From Octopus sinensis (lineage: Eukaryota), in the NCBI RefSeq assembly GCF_006345805.1, contig NC_043002.1, forward strand, positions 71,052,001 through 71,116,000: a DNA stretch of 64,000 nucleotides. The letters run 5' to 3'. The position numbers were made by a program, and so were the translations under genes. Within the stretch, counting starts at the first letter, position 1, and each line of letters starts with the position of its first letter. This document shows positions 12,871 through 27,066 of the stretch, piece after piece. The notes beneath the pieces were generated by a model. The model did no database searches and was not told the origin of the DNA. It was given only the letters and a program-made list of their open reading frames with translations.

Positions 12871-12964
12871 ATTGTTATTAATGTCACTGAGAATATAAAA
12901 AAAATTAGGCTAACTAATTTAATATCCTAATAATTTGAAGGAATTAAGTATTATAACATTGTGA

Positions 12965-12998
12965 TACTTATTGTATAACGATTTTTTGCACCCCCTGT
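12965..12998. mobile_element. Possible Tc1/mariner terminal inverted repeat end
   Basis: Minus strand reads TA-CAGGGGGTGCAAAAAATCG (TA plus CAG start); partner end not found. Confidence 0.3.
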
Positions 12999-13468
12999 AT
13001 ATGTATATGCATAACACGCACTCATACACACAATGCATGTTTCTGTGTGTGTTGATATGTATGATGCATTGTAATGGAGAGTAGAAGTGTGATTTCGTGT
13101 CCTTAATATAACAACAGCTTTCACTAATGCGTTCAAGAGCTTTCATTTATTGAAGTTACGTCAGTCGGGTACCAGTGCCGATTTTTTTCGTAGAACGATA
13201 AGAGCTTTCTCCGCTGGCATTTTAGTCACTGAATAATATGGAAGTAAGGTGCTTGTGATTTTTGTCCTGTTGCTAAACCCCATCTATTCCTTGTTCATCC
13301 CTGATCAAACGCATTTCAATCATATTTTAAGCACTTTATATCCTGGATTAAAATATCCATTATCATTCGACCGTTTAAGACAACAGATTTGATTTGAGAT
13401 AGATTTGCCTTCTATGTCTAACAGGCCAAACGATTACTTAGAGACTCTCACAAAAATTGTCACATAAG

Positions 13469-13506
13469 GTTTGAACGTGTAGGCGGCATCCATCGTTGGA
13501 CAGAAA
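13469..13506 (+). CDS. Candidate small exon (phase 2 to 1), peptide FERVGGIHRWTE
   Basis: Acceptor cacataag (weak), donor GTAAGT at 13507; phase-compatible with 205-271. Confidence 0.2.
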
Positions 13507-15020
13507 GTAAGTTTGTAAGCTTGCTGAGACTGCGATGCAAGTTCAGTTCCTGATCAAAGCCTATTTGTTTCCAACACCTTGTTACATTACTTGAGATACG
13601 AACCTACCCTATACACACTTCTATATTAAAATTACTTGACCTCTACGAACATTTTAAACGTCATTAATATTTAAAGTGGCGTTAAGAAAATGGAAAATGT
13701 GCGATGATTTTATAGATAGCATAATAGATATAGATTGCATAATACTGTCACAAATTAAAACGAACATAACGATATATGTCTGATTTCAATGGTTGCCATG
13801 GCAACTCCATAATAAAACTGTTTACTTTAAACACGATCACATACCAAGTTACTTTCCAAACGAATATGACTCCAAAGAACATATACAAATCTCTTCGAAA
13901 ATCTAAATCTCAGACAGATATACGCAAAATGTAAATATTGCATTAAGTAATGCCGAAGAATTGAATTGTTATAAAAGATCTCTCTATGACGCTTTCCTCA
14001 TTAAATTAATTAGTTTTCTAAACTATATCTGTGGAATGTTCATAGCATTTATGTTACTTTAAATTTATCGAATAAATCGGGCGACATAATTACATTATAC
14101 TTCCTGAAATATTTGAGATGTAGAATGTTCTTAGTTCTATGTGTAATTGAACCCAGTTTAAATACTGTTGGCATTTAATATGTTATCTGTTAGATCTAAT
14201 TTCCTTTGTGTCTTATCTATTTGAGTTATAGCGCATGCAGATTTATCATTCCGACTGGTTGGCTAGCTCACTCTCTCAATTTGTTTGATCTTAAGATGTA
14301 TTGTATTGTAAAAATATTGGACCTTTTCATTTACCTTAGAGAAAGAATGTAGATATTAATCTTAATAATGTATTTGATTTGCCAAGAAGATGATCCCTCT
14401 CGATCTGAAGGAAGCATTTATATTCCTTAGATCTGGAAAGTGGATAGCTCTTGTGGCCGGGTAATTTCAATCCCAATTTACCGTTGAGCGATGCCAGAAT
14501 CTGATAGCAGTATACAGTGGACTTCATTGAAACAGAAAACGATTACAGACTCTTATTAAATTGAGAGCTTCATGTGGGAAGGTAGAGGTTGAGGAGATTG
14601 GGCTGAAACAAAATCTGGCGGTACAGTCAATAGACAGCTGCGACGTTTAATAAACGATAGCGTAGCCATGAATAAAAGGAAGAATGGCAAGGCTAGAGAG
14701 AAGATGAAAGGTGGGGAAAGAAAAGTAAGATACAGTGGGTGGGTGGGGAACAATCAGTGATTGAAAGAGTGAAGGAGAGAAAAGATGAGTTAAAGATAGA
14801 GAGGGAAAAGTTGAAATAGGTGGCGCTAAATGATAAACAGTGACGCGTGGAACTACAGAACACTACCGAGACTCAAGGAAGCTATTTAGCATTATCTGTT
14901 TAGAACGCAAGTACAGCATCGTGACAGAAATCAAGAAACTTATGCATATAAATCATTGCTGACCAGCTACGCAAAACCAATTGCACACACACACTCACTC
15001 ACGCCAACATTTATATATAT

Positions 15021-15077
<57 letters not shown>

Positions 15078-15078
<1 letters not shown>

Positions 15079-15469
15079 TCTTTTCATTTTATAGTCATTC
15101 GACTGCGCAAACCTGGAGCATCGCCTTTCTATTCCAAGTAATCGACACTAGGAATTATTCTTTGTAAGCATCAGCTGTCAGGTGATAACAGGGGTACAAA
15201 CACATATGAATATATATATATATATATAGATATATATGCGTGTGCGTGTGGTGTGTGTGTGTGTGTGTGGTGTGTGTATGTATGTATGCATGTACGTATG
15301 TATACGACGGGCTTCTTTCAGTTCCCGTCTACCAAATCCACTCACACATCTTCCTTCGGCTCGAGGCTACAATCGAAGACACTTTCCCAACGTACGATGC
15401 AGTGGGACTGAACCTGGAACCATGTGGCTGAGAAGCAAACTTCTTGCCACACCGTCACGCCTGCGCGTC

Positions 15470-15470
<1 letters not shown>
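15078..15470 (-). mobile_element. Composite CORE-type SINE with internal microsatellite
   Basis: Head 15300-15470 (gcagtgggactgaacctggaaccatgtgg) plus 3' body 15078-15210; same layout as 40355-40790. Confidence 0.75.
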
Positions 15471-15501
<31 letters not shown>

Positions 15502-15559
15502 TACAGCTACATACGCGTGTGTATGTATCTATCAGTCATATATATATATACACACATAC

Positions 15560-15764
15560 ACTACGACCGCGTGTGTATAGATGGCGATTTTTTTTCTTCC
15601 GTCTTCTCTTCTCTGGATCTTTCCTTTGTCTGTGTTTCCGACGAAGATCTCCGCTCGAAGCGTTAAATCCTCCTTCTTTGTTTCCTTTCTTGAGCGTCCA
15701 ATAACACTATACTTGTTCCACGTCCTCGCGTTGTTGTGTTTTTGTGTTTTCATGTTTGGATTAA

Positions 15765-15770
<6 letters not shown>
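15560..15770 (+). mobile_element. PLE terminal fragment with decayed hammerhead-like motif at 15634-15668
   Basis: Reverse-complement match to 35495-35705; GTTT CCGACGA A GATC TCC GCTC GAAGC GTT AAAT. Confidence 0.65.
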
Positions 15771-15807
<37 letters not shown>

Positions 15808-15836
15808 CACATATGCAAACACACACACACACACAC

Positions 15837-15894
<58 letters not shown>

Positions 15895-15967
15895 AATAAC
15901 AGGAACCAAGAGGTGGAACGAAATGACGAATCGGAACGAACCTGACGCGGGGCGCTGCCAGACAATA

Positions 15968-16246
<279 letters not shown>

Positions 16247-16520
16247 TGAGTGGATAATGTTTTATGACTTCATCTAAAGCCAAAGGAAGACAAAGACTCC
16301 TCGAAAGGAAGTGTAGTACAAATATATTTCATACAAATAGTTACCCGAGAGTGATATTAATGTTTCAATGCTATTTTATTTTTTGTTTTTCATATTTTCT
16401 GATCTTTTTTCATTTTTTTTTAATGTACGTTATACATTAAAGAAAAAGAAGAGAAAAAAATAGAAGTAAAATACCTGGTATAGAAATTATTACTTAGTGA
16501 ATGTGATTGTTTGTGCGCAT

Positions 16521-16561
<41 letters not shown>

Positions 16562-17104
16562 GTATTAAAAATCAGCTTAAGTGAGAAATGCCTTATACAT
16601 GTGTGTTTGTGTGTCTTTGTGTATGTGTTTATGGGTATATATAAATATATGTTGGTTTCTTAACCTTAACACCTGATGAACTCATAAGATGTCTGTTTTA
16701 ATCTTGGTACAGTTTCTTCTTCTAGAAGCATGAACAGAGCCGATATCATCCTGACGGAAAGGGTGAGAATGAAAGTGCGAAGCGTACAGAAGGATAGCAA
16801 GAGTGACTGCAGCGCTGTGCTTTTTAAGCTACTTTGCTCTTTTATGCTATTTAGCGGCTTGGCAAAGTGGAAAACGAAACGTGGCTGTGACGAAATCCGT
16901 CCCTAGAAGAAGATTTACGAAACAAATATGCATACACACACACACACACATATATGCAAGGTAGATATTGACAGTTGTGATTGTGCGTGTGGGAGGGGGG
17001 TGAGTATGTATGTGTGATTCACTGTTTGTTCATGTCATCTAACATCTAACCATTGTGATTTCGAACGGGCTACAACACTCCACTCAATATCGTTTTCGTA
17101 TTTA

Positions 17105-17540
17105 AGGCGGTGAGCTGGCAGAAAAATTAGCACGCCGGGCGAAATGCTTAGCGATATTTCGGCTGGCTTTACGTCCTGAGTTTAGATCCGGCCGAGATCG
17201 ACTGTGCCTTTCATCCATTCGGGCTCGATTAAATAAGTACCATTTACGCACTGGCGTCGATATAATCGACTTAATCCCTTTGTCTGTCCTTGTTTGTCCT
17301 GTATGTGTGTAGCCCGTTGCGGGCAGTAAAGAAATAAGAAACGTTAGAACGCCGGGCGAAACGCTTAGCACTATTTCGTCTGTCTTTACGTTCTGAGTTC
17401 AAATTCCGCCGAGGTCGACTTTGTCTATCATCCATTCGGTGTCGATAAATTAACTACCAGTTGCGTACTGCGATTAATCTAATCACATGGCTCCCTCCCC
17501 GAAAATGTCGGGCCTTGTGCATAGAGTAGAAAAGAATATC
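17105..17540 (+). mobile_element. Two tandem SINE copies
   Basis: ggcggtgagctggcaga..gtaccatttacgcactgg..gaaataagaa (17105-17340) followed immediately by a second copy (17341-17540). Confidence 0.85.
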
Positions 17541-18118
17541 GCTTTTATATTTCATTTCCTTTCGTCACTCCAACTCATACTTTTAAATTCCTTCGTCCAG
17601 AAGTTTACACATTATTAGTTAATGGCGAGATCAATAAATTTTGCGCAAGTATGAGCATTGTCAGAGGCGTATACAAAGCCCTGAAAAGTTATTTAAGTAA
17701 TTTAGTACTTATATATTCTGTATGTTTGTGTCAAGCGGTTGTTTACACGTTGTTGTTAATATTTGCACTGTACTGCGTTTAATTCATAGAAACCACTGCT
17801 GGGGGGAAAATCTCAGTTCTTTAAACTTGCATATACTTAGTAACCGAATATTTGTGGTGTTTGATGGGTTTATACTAATAATATGAACCATTTAAATAAC
17901 GAACGAAATATCTTGCATTATTTACTCTGGTAACACTTGCAATGCTTTCAAAACCCGATAGGGTCGAAGTTGCAGCTGATCTGTTGAACTTTTCTAGAGT
18001 GCATATATATATATATATTATATATATATATATATATATATGTGTGGTGTGTGTGTATGTATGTATATATATATGTATGCATATATAATATATATATATA
18101 TATGTATATGTATGTATA

Positions 18119-18182
<64 letters not shown>

Positions 18183-18204
18183 ATATATATATATGTACGT
18201 ATAT

Positions 18205-18560
18205 ATTAACAAAGGGTAAAATTAATTAATTAGAAGTTATCAGTAATTTCACCAAGTAGAATTCGGCATGAAAAGACCATTTCATGGTAAGCTTACGTAA
18301 TACTTTATAATTAGGGTTCAGCAAAGATTCGCTTCACCACATACCGAAGTTTAGAAATAGCAGTCAAAAACCTTAGCTATTTCTTCTACTTTAAAAGGGA
18401 CGCCCAGAAAAACCAAAGTACTTGAAAACAATCAACTTTGGTTTTTTCTGGGAGTCCCTTTTAAAGTAAAAGAAATAGGTAAGGTTTTTTTACTGCTATT
18501 TCTAAACTTCGGTATGTGGTGAAGCAAAATCTTTGCTGAACCCTAATTATAAAGTATATA
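18205..18560. mobile_element. Probable PLE terminus with ~120-bp fold-back
   Basis: Arms 18300-18419 and 18435-18557 are reverse complements with several mismatches; (TA)n on both sides. The palindrome is certain, the PLE assignment is inferred. Confidence 0.7.
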
Positions 18561-18608
<48 letters not shown>

Positions 18609-19827
18609 TATATGGTTTCTTACCACATAGCCACGCCTGCGCTTATACTATATATATAATTTTTTAATATCGTTGAAATCATTTTTGTTTTTACATATAT
18701 GATATCTGATAGTCGACGCATAGTATTTTGTTTTGTACTCGATCCACCGTTTCGTAATATGGAAAAGGCAAAATAGACGTTGTTGTAAAATGAGAGAACC
18801 CTGTCTTTTACAAATGTCACAGAAGACATATTCAAATGTACCGATTCCAAACAGCGCAATAATTAAATTTTAATACACTCGCCTACACAAGCACAACTAG
18901 ACACAATGGTAGAAGACGCGCTGTAAAACTGACATTGGAACTATGTAACTACCACATAACCTTTTGAGCTACGCAGCCATATGTGAGTCTAAAATATTAT
19001 TGATTTATGAATTGCAATTATTTAAATAATTTAAAAATTGTTTAGAATATTTCATTATTTCCTGTCGATATACAAGTGAATTGCCACTCGTGTTCATATT
19101 TTCAACAAATATATTGACGAGTTGAAAATCAATTTCGATACTCGCTTCTTTAAGGAGAAGCGTTTACAGTCTTTTATCAAGATAGCTTGTACTGAAGTGC
19201 TGGTAGATTAATGTTTCAAAGAAACCCTCAGGGAAAGGCTAAATAAGAGCATCGGTATCATTTGTGTACTGTATAAAGAATGTTGTCTTTTAGATGACAT
19301 CCTATAGAAGTGAGAACAGGTAAAAAAAGAATGGGTTACATATGATATTTTTAACAGGTTCAGTACATAAATCGCATAGTATTTGTGACAAAAACATAAA
19401 AAAGATTCCAAATCCTAGATCTCGACGATATACATTTTGGTGCTATCAGTAGCGAACCTTTAACTATTGAGGCACTGTCATCCCTGTTTTGTACATTTTC
19501 AGTTAATTCTGTGTAGTGAATGCGCTGCTTCAGTTGTGACACTACACTTTTCCAGTGATATTCAAAATAGTGATTTGCAGAAAGAAAAAAAAATAGCGGT
19601 GGTTTGTGAATAAAATTAAGCTAGTTCGGAACTGAAGAATTCTTTTGTAACTTTATTTTAGATGTACAAGTTTGTGTGTGAGATTCTTTGATGTACAAAT
19701 AATGGACTCGTGGGTGGGGATAACGAAACGTCCATGTATAGTTATTTCTTAACAGAGATTAACACTATAAACGTTTCCTTTCAAAAGCATACATTAAACG
19801 ACTTTTTTTATAAATCGAGGTATCCTC

Positions 19828-19990
19828 GAACCAATTCTTAGTACTCGTTTCTACTCTAGGCAGAAGGCCCAATATTTTTGGGGAGGAGGCTAGTCTATTA
19901 GATCTACTCCAGTACGCAGCAGGTACTTAAGTTAACGACCCGAAGGGATAAAAGGGAAAGTCGACCCCCCCCCTGGAATTTTAACTCAAG
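19828..19990 (-). mobile_element. SINE fragment
   Basis: gacccgaagggataaaagggaaagtcgacc..ggaattttaactcaag matches the family body. Confidence 0.7.
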
Positions 19991-20212
19991 CCCAATTCTT
20001 AGTATTGGTATCGTTATCGCTGAAAATTATAGAAATTACAGCCATATTTTCACAATCTACCTTCTGAAGAAATGGCAGAGTGGATAAGTCAATCCTGAAA
20101 ATAAGCCATGGCTGACCTTAGGCTAAACAGCCGCAATATTATTTTTTAAAAAGCAGCAACTCCAGTGAATTCGATTCTCTCTCTCTCTATCTCTCTCTCC
20201 TCTCTCTCTCTA

Positions 20213-20250
<38 letters not shown>

Positions 20251-20811
20251 CTCTCTCTCTCTCTCTGTACTTTTCTGGTGTAACATTTTTCTCGTAAATT
20301 GTACCGAGATTATTTTACACTGGTAGCTACTGTGATTTCGGCGCGAAACGAATCAGTTGCAGCACAGACTTCAAAACGATGGGTTGGAAATCTCTAATCA
20401 TGGTAACACGTGCTGAAGAAGCTAAGGCTTATTTTGCCAGTGCAGAATCCGGTCCACGTGAATCCAGATAATTAAGTGTATGTTAGTAGATTGTCTAAAC
20501 CTGATTTTTCCTTCGTTTGATTTCTGTAGATTTCAACAGTGTATTTTAGGCGATTTAATAAGAGATTTGACTGTTATTTCAAGCAGGTAGACATACGTAG
20601 TATGTCCTTTGATTAATTTTAATCCCTCGGCTATTTAATGCTATTTTGGGCCTGCTATCGCCTGTGTCATTTATTCTGTTATTATCATTTTTAAAATAGT
20701 TACATTGGATAATAATAGAATTAATGACACACGCACACACACACACGCACACACACACACACACATATATATGCATATACATATATATATAAGCATGCAT
20801 ATATTGCGCAC

Positions 20812-20915
20812 GTAGAGGCACATGGCCTTAGTGGTTGGAACAGCGGATTTGCGGTCGAGGGATCGTGGGTTCGAATCTCAGACCGGGTGATGTATGTTTT
20901 TATGAGCGAAACAAC
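20812..20915 (+). mobile_element. SINE tRNA-like head, truncated
   Basis: A-box tggccttagtgg, B-box gggttcgaatctc; related to 12580-12870. Confidence 0.7.
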
Positions 20916-21705
20916 TATATATATATACATACTTATAGACATACATATATAGGTATTGGCACATATATGGCTACATGTATATAATGTCTCTATTTGTATA
21001 CCGGTCTGTTGACACACACAGACACACATACACGTACCTCTTGGTACGTGCTTCCTTTTTTTTAAATTATACATTTTTGCATAGCATATACTATATCCAT
21101 ACAGGTACAGACAACTATGCTTAATATATAGTTCCTAAATAGTATATTAATCCATGCGTGTCTAAATCTCGGAACATGTACGTTCCCATGTGCGCGAACA
21201 CGTGTGTATACGTTTGTACGTTCGTGTGCTTCTCTGTGTGTGCCTAGATGGGTTCGTGAGGATGTAGTTTAGTATGGAACAAGCAGGGTTAATTGCCATC
21301 TTTCCTTCTATGTAATACTATGGTTTCCAGCCATAAAAGCAGGAATGTTGACGCCATTGTCATCCAAGTTAACTTCTGTCACGAAGATTATAGCTGTCGG
21401 TTAATTGACAGTATTTATGAGATAAGAGAATCAATCAGTCTATCTCAACAATGGATAAGTGAATTGTTTTGATTTGATCATCTTGCCAATAATTCGCAGT
21501 GTGCCATCACATGAATATAGATATTTTGTTTTTTACATTTCTTATATATATGTATATATGTCAATGTATGTAAATGTATATATATAATATATATATATTA
21601 TATATGTGTGTGTGGTGTGTGTTGTGTGTGTGTGTGTGTGTGGTGTGGTGTGTGTGTGTGTGTGAGTGGTGTGTGTGTATGTATTTATGTATATATATAT
21701 ATATG

Positions 21706-21744
<39 letters not shown>

Positions 21745-21749
21745 ATATA

Positions 21750-21792
<43 letters not shown>

Positions 21793-21799
21793 GTATATA

Positions 21800-21870
<71 letters not shown>

Positions 21871-22070
21871 CGTATATTTATGTATAAATATATACAACAC
21901 ATATATATACACATAAGAAAACACATACGTACACACAATACGTATGTATGTCAATATATATATATGTGTGTGTATGTATATATATATATATACATACATG
22001 TGTGTATCTACATTCCATACATATTTAGAAAGGTATACATATATAGATACATATGTATACATACGCGCAC

Positions 22071-22110
<40 letters not shown>

Positions 22111-22389
22111 TGTATCACTATGTATATAATGATGAAACAGAACGCTACAATGAAGTATTCTCGAGGCGACATCTACAGTTTAATCTAATATGTAACTACT
22201 AGTGATGATGTTCATGACGAGACGGATGAAAGGATCTTGCTGATAAAAATAATGGTGATGATGATATTAATGAAAACAGTAAAGATGATAACGATAGCAA
22301 AGATAATTCCGAAAATTCTTCAGTTTTATAACAATAATGACTGTGAGTGGTAATGATGAGAAGGATGGCGATGATTATGATGATGATGA

Positions 22390-22460
22390 TAATTGAGATT
22401 ATCATTATTATTATCATTATAATTATTGTTGTAGTGGTAGTAGTAGTAGTAGTAGTAATC

Positions 22461-22494
<34 letters not shown>

Positions 22495-22495
22495 C

Positions 22496-22543
<48 letters not shown>

Positions 22544-22545
22544 TT
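22390..22545. repeat. (ATT)/(TAG)n microsatellite
   Basis: Direct reading. Confidence 0.95.
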
Positions 22546-23359
22546 AGCGTTGACGATAGCAATATTAATGTTGATTTAATGGTGATAATTACAATAAGGG
22601 TAAAACTTAAAGCTGTTATTGTTCTTCTTGTCCTTAACTATGATGATGTTGACGGTAGTGTAAGTTTTATTGAGAACCCTAAGACCACACGGGAGCATCT
22701 TAATTGCCAAGGGCGCCTTGTTGACTTTTAAGGGGCGAAACTTCATTTGAAGTTATATCTAGATTTGATTAAACTATTTAGATTAACTAATACTATTTAC
22801 CCAATCGTTTCAAATCCCAACAGTGATAAATATATTCATGTTGATCCTTGGAAATTCCATCACATATATTCATTATGTAGCTAACATATTACTGGGCGAT
22901 AATCTTTCTCTCGATATGGGATGAAGGATTACGGACAAATGTATTTCGAACTCCTTTCATTTTGTTGGTATGTTTCATATTTGCATGTATCATATGATAC
23001 AGCATCTTTAAAGAATTCAGGTTTAAACGAGTAATCCCTTTCCACAAATATACTTTTGTTCTTTACTTGTTACAGTCAGCTGATTGCGGCCATGCTGGAG
23101 CAGCGCTTTCTTGCATATTGTATATAAATGCTATGTATGCTACAATGAATTTACTAAGTATTTGAAAACAGCCTTTAGAATTGTTTATACAGCTAATGAT
23201 GGTGCATTTTGCCTCAGCACAGATTTTGAGCTAGCTATGAAAACAGATGTAATTTTAAAATAGCTTTTGTGCATAATTATCGATTGTAAATGGAGATTAA
23301 CTCAACTAAGTCTATGAAATCAAACAAAAATGTAGAAAATAACTAAGAAGGATTTCCAT

Positions 23360-23377
23360 ATCTATCGATCTATCTAT

Positions 23378-23421
<44 letters not shown>

Positions 23422-23422
23422 A

Positions 23423-23475
<53 letters not shown>

Positions 23476-23625
23476 GTCTGTCTGTCTGTCTTTATGTCTA
23501 TCTATCTATCTATCCGTTTATATATATATCTGTTTATCTATCTATCCGTCTATATATCTGTCTGTCTATCTATCTATCTATCTATCTATTTATCTATCTC
23601 TCTCTCTCTATATATATATATACAT
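23360..23625. repeat. (TCTA)n/(TCTG)n microsatellite
   Basis: Direct reading. Confidence 0.95.
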
Positions 23626-23712
23626 ATCTAGCTATTTATCCGTCTGTTTGCATGTGCGTGTGTGTGTGTGTGTGTAGTGTGAAGTGGTGTGGTGTGTGCG
23701 CGTATGGTAGGC

Positions 23713-23743
<31 letters not shown>

Positions 23744-23934
23744 CGCGCGAGCGTGTACTATCAAAACAGCATTGGAAAATATTCATGAAACACGATGCTT
23801 CAGGTTCAGAAATTAAATGCAATATTATTAGAACGTTCAAAATTTCAGAGTAAATCGAGCCGCGAATATGGTGTTTCGACATTGCAAACAATTGAATAAT
23901 AAGATATATAACAACTGTTTACGAGGTGATATAC

Positions 23935-24088
23935 CTAGAATATCTAAGAAGTATATAGCTAAAGAACACATAGCAGCAAATTCAACAGTTTTAGTATCTA
24001 CAACAATTATTAATGCCACATCGTTTACGTTTCTTTTTACATTTCTGGACTTTTTATAACCAAAAGCGCCGACTGTAACATTATTGTA
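23935..24088 (-). CDS. Candidate exon D of the minus-strand gene (phase 0 to 1)
   Basis: Acceptor acacattctcag, donor GTATAT; only one frame open: YNNVTVGAFGYKKSRNVKRNVNDVALIIVVDTKTVEFAAMCSLAIYFLDIL. Confidence 0.3.
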
Positions 24089-25208
24089 CTGAGAATGTGT
24101 TGATATTTTATATTGCAATTCAATATAAAATGCATGCCTTTAACAAAGTCTCACACATCGTTTAGTAAGGAAAGGGTTACAAACAAATGGATTAGATGGA
24201 TATATTGTGATTGTTTGTCACATCATATACACAACTCAATCTTCGACAGATATTAAGCCAACACATATAATACTTGTAATTCTAGCTACTTCATCATGTC
24301 AACAATATCGCACACTTCTGAAGAGCAATAAATTTAAAAGCTTTTAGATAATTGAGTCCATAACATACACTACCATATTGATAATGGGTCATCATTGATA
24401 ATATCAGCAGTATATCTTTTACGACACATCTTTTATGTAATATGCCTTTGAATATTGTATGACTGAAAAGGCGGACTTTCCTTTGCTGACATTTACTATC
24501 TGTTTCAATGACACCAATGAACGCAAGAAGTGACGAACAACAAGAAACAACGTTTATATACTTGCGTTTCAATTGCTGAATCTCCTACTCGCTCTCCAGA
24601 AGTATTGTTCTGAATATTAATTACTAAATTGTTTGGGGGGCATTATAGGTTTTATCGATAGCATAAAATTGTAATTCACTCTCTTTGACATATAGATAGC
24701 TTTCAGCATTACTTTGAGGCATCAACTGTTGCAAAACCACAGGTTTGTCTTCTTCATGAAACTAACAATAGACTTCAGAAATGGGCTTTTCTAAATGGAG
24801 AAAATTTGAAGAGCAGTTAAATGCATAGAAAAGAATTGTATGTAATTGCATGCGCATACTATGCAACGTCATATACATCAAGAGAATACTGACATGAAAT
24901 AGGTATTAACACATGGACATGATTATAGAATATACACTAGCACGCATGAACACAAATGCAAACATAAACATAACTACTTACACACATATACCCCTCCATA
25001 TATATACAAATGTATATATATATATATATATATACTATATATATATATATATAGATATATATATAAATATATAATATATCTAAAGTATATATATATATTA
25101 AAGTATATAAAAGTAGGGTCGCATGCATATTACATATGGCGAGTCAAAAAGAAAAAAAAAACCACCGATCAATTGAAGCTTCCGAAACAATTAGGGTACT
25201 TAAACTAC

Positions 25209-25229
25209 CTGTAGATAAGTTTTAACAGT
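25209..25229 (-). CDS. Candidate 21-nt micro-exon (phase 0-0), TVKTYLQ
   Basis: Strong polypyrimidine acceptor tcttctctcctcctgttttag; CAG|GTAGTT donor. Confidence 0.25.
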
Positions 25230-25480
25230 CTAAAACAGGAGGAGAGAAGATAGAGTCAATAAAATGGGTTGAACGAAATAACAATGCAGACTGTTGAGTA
25301 GGCATTGTTTAAAGTCGTCTAGTGAGAGAAATGGGTAATTTCTTTTCATGCTTATTAGAACTTTTCTATAAAATGGATGCTATTTAGTTGCTAAATAGAG
25401 CAGATGTACAGATAGTTATCAATTATGCAACCATATATATATATTTATAAATAATGTATATTTATATATATATATGTATT

Positions 25481-25551
<71 letters not shown>

Positions 25552-25599
25552 ACACATAATATGAATAATATATAAATATATATGAATTTATACATTACA

Positions 25600-26170
25600 T
25601 ATATCTACATCATCATACTCATTGTGTTCAACCGTTTTTTTTTATGTCCTGTACCCATATATGCATGTATATATACATATAGATGTAGGTATGTAGATAT
25701 ATGTATATATGCATATATTTATATATTATTTATATTATTTTTCTAATCGAATGCCACGCTTCCTTTTCCAGCTTGTTGTATGGACGCCCCCTGAAGATGA
25801 AGTAGGGTAGCACAATACGTAGATATAGAGGGAGAAGCCAAGACGTCATGAGTAGAAGAGTAGCGGTGAGAGTTGAGTAGCAGTTGAGTAGTAGTAGAAA
25901 AGTAGAAGACAAGAGTTGGGTGGAGTAGAGGTCACCCAAACGTGCGACATAACACAATTATATACATGTGTTTGTGTGTGTAGTTCAAATTTATTGAAAA
26001 TCAAGACGAATCCAGGTGTATGAACAAGAAGCAAGTGTTCAAGTTTGACGCTCGGAAAAAAATGAAAAGTCCTTTGTTTCGAACCTACGCTCTTCGACAA
26101 AGACAAATAAGAGGAAATAAAAAAAGAGAGAATGAAAAAAAACGTGTTGAGTCCAGTGGTCCTACATGGC
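25600..26170 (-). mobile_element. Two adjoining PLE-type terminal fragments; decayed hammerhead-like motif at 26069-26103
   Basis: 25665-25730 matches the arm of the 15968 palindrome; 26069-26103 minus reads TTGTCGA A GAGC GTAG GTTC GAAAC AAAGGAC (class B family). Confidence 0.55.
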
Positions 26171-26563
26171 AAGCCTCAAATAATTATAAACTCATTGTGA
26201 AATAAATACCATCTGTATTTTGCTATTCATCATTGTAAGGGTTCTTCCATACATATGTATGCATATCAGTTCCATGAAATAACTGAAATCTTTCGAGATG
26301 TTCCTCCGATGGGTATTATACATACATCATTATTTTTCATCTTTTACGTATTCAAGGCAATTTATTTTTTCCAGCACTGATTTATTATGAATCCCCTTCA
26401 TATTAAATTCGCAAACAACGTTATCAAGAAAGTAACAAATTATAATATTAGATTCGATCGCTCATAAGGAGGAATATATACTGTACATTCTAGGCAGTAG
26501 AAATGCTTCTATTTGAAACCCAAAGACCAAAATCATGAAATGGTGGAAATCATTTGTACTTAC

Positions 26564-26816
26564 AGATGGTGAAGTAGTTTTTAATTTTTCCTTTTTATAT
26601 AATGGCCAGTATAAAGAAAGAATGATCGAAGTTTTATCACAATCCCCTTCAAAACTATGAACTTCTGTGGCAGTTCTACAGAAACCAATTGTACAGTCAT
26701 TTTCCAATATTCTGTGGCTATACCCGGAATCATAAACATCGAGTACAGCGTCATAATTACAGTGTCCTGTGGATGACATGCATTTCACTGAAGCTGTCAT
26801 CAACCTGGCATTTTGG
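26564..26816 (-). CDS. Candidate exon B of an unidentified minus-strand gene (phase 2 to 0), Cys-rich
   Basis: Acceptor cttattctcaacag, donor GTAAGT at 26563; 84 codons open in one frame only (QNARLMTASVKCMSSTGHCNYD..KEKLKTTSPS); joins exon A in frame (GA+C = Asp). Confidence 0.5.
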
Positions 26817-27066
26817 CTGTTGAGAATAAGTGTTTGAGCCATGAATGGAGATGACAGCATCTATATAGACTATTATCAATACACAGCAACGAGTTTCGAG
26901 GAAAACTGGCCCCTCATTTTTGCTCTACTTCAGTTCTGCTACAATAATTTTCTAACTCAATTTATTGCTGAAAGTGAGTTTAAGATACTTTATTATAAAA
27001 GAGCTTTCGTCATAGTTCACGACAAAATTTGGATTCCAAAAATAGTGGAATAAACATTCTACTTAC

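Noticed and set aside
16673-16700. CTGATGA as a hammerhead core
   Set aside because: No helix II or GAAA follows.
20327-20471. Plus-strand open segment YCDFGAKRISCSTDFKTMGWKSLIM.. and the 19294-19319 micro-exon
   Set aside because: Equally plausible splice signals exist on the opposite strand over the same bases; cannot be discriminated without RNA data.
21319-21393. Cadherin-like DxNDNxPxF resemblance in VNLDDNGVNIPAF
   Set aside because: Spacing does not fit the motif and flanking candidate exons lack other cadherin signatures.
21574-22188. Long ORFs such as 21574-22188, 34035-34853, 37773-38348, 39517-40128 and 61331-61930
   Set aside because: They are translations of (TA)n, (TG)n, (CA)n and (TATG)n tracts ([12 protein letters not shown]), which lack stop codons in these frames; not proteins.
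25791-25830. CTGAAGATG as a hammerhead start
   Set aside because: No matching GAAAC and no helix II; at most a truncated remnant.
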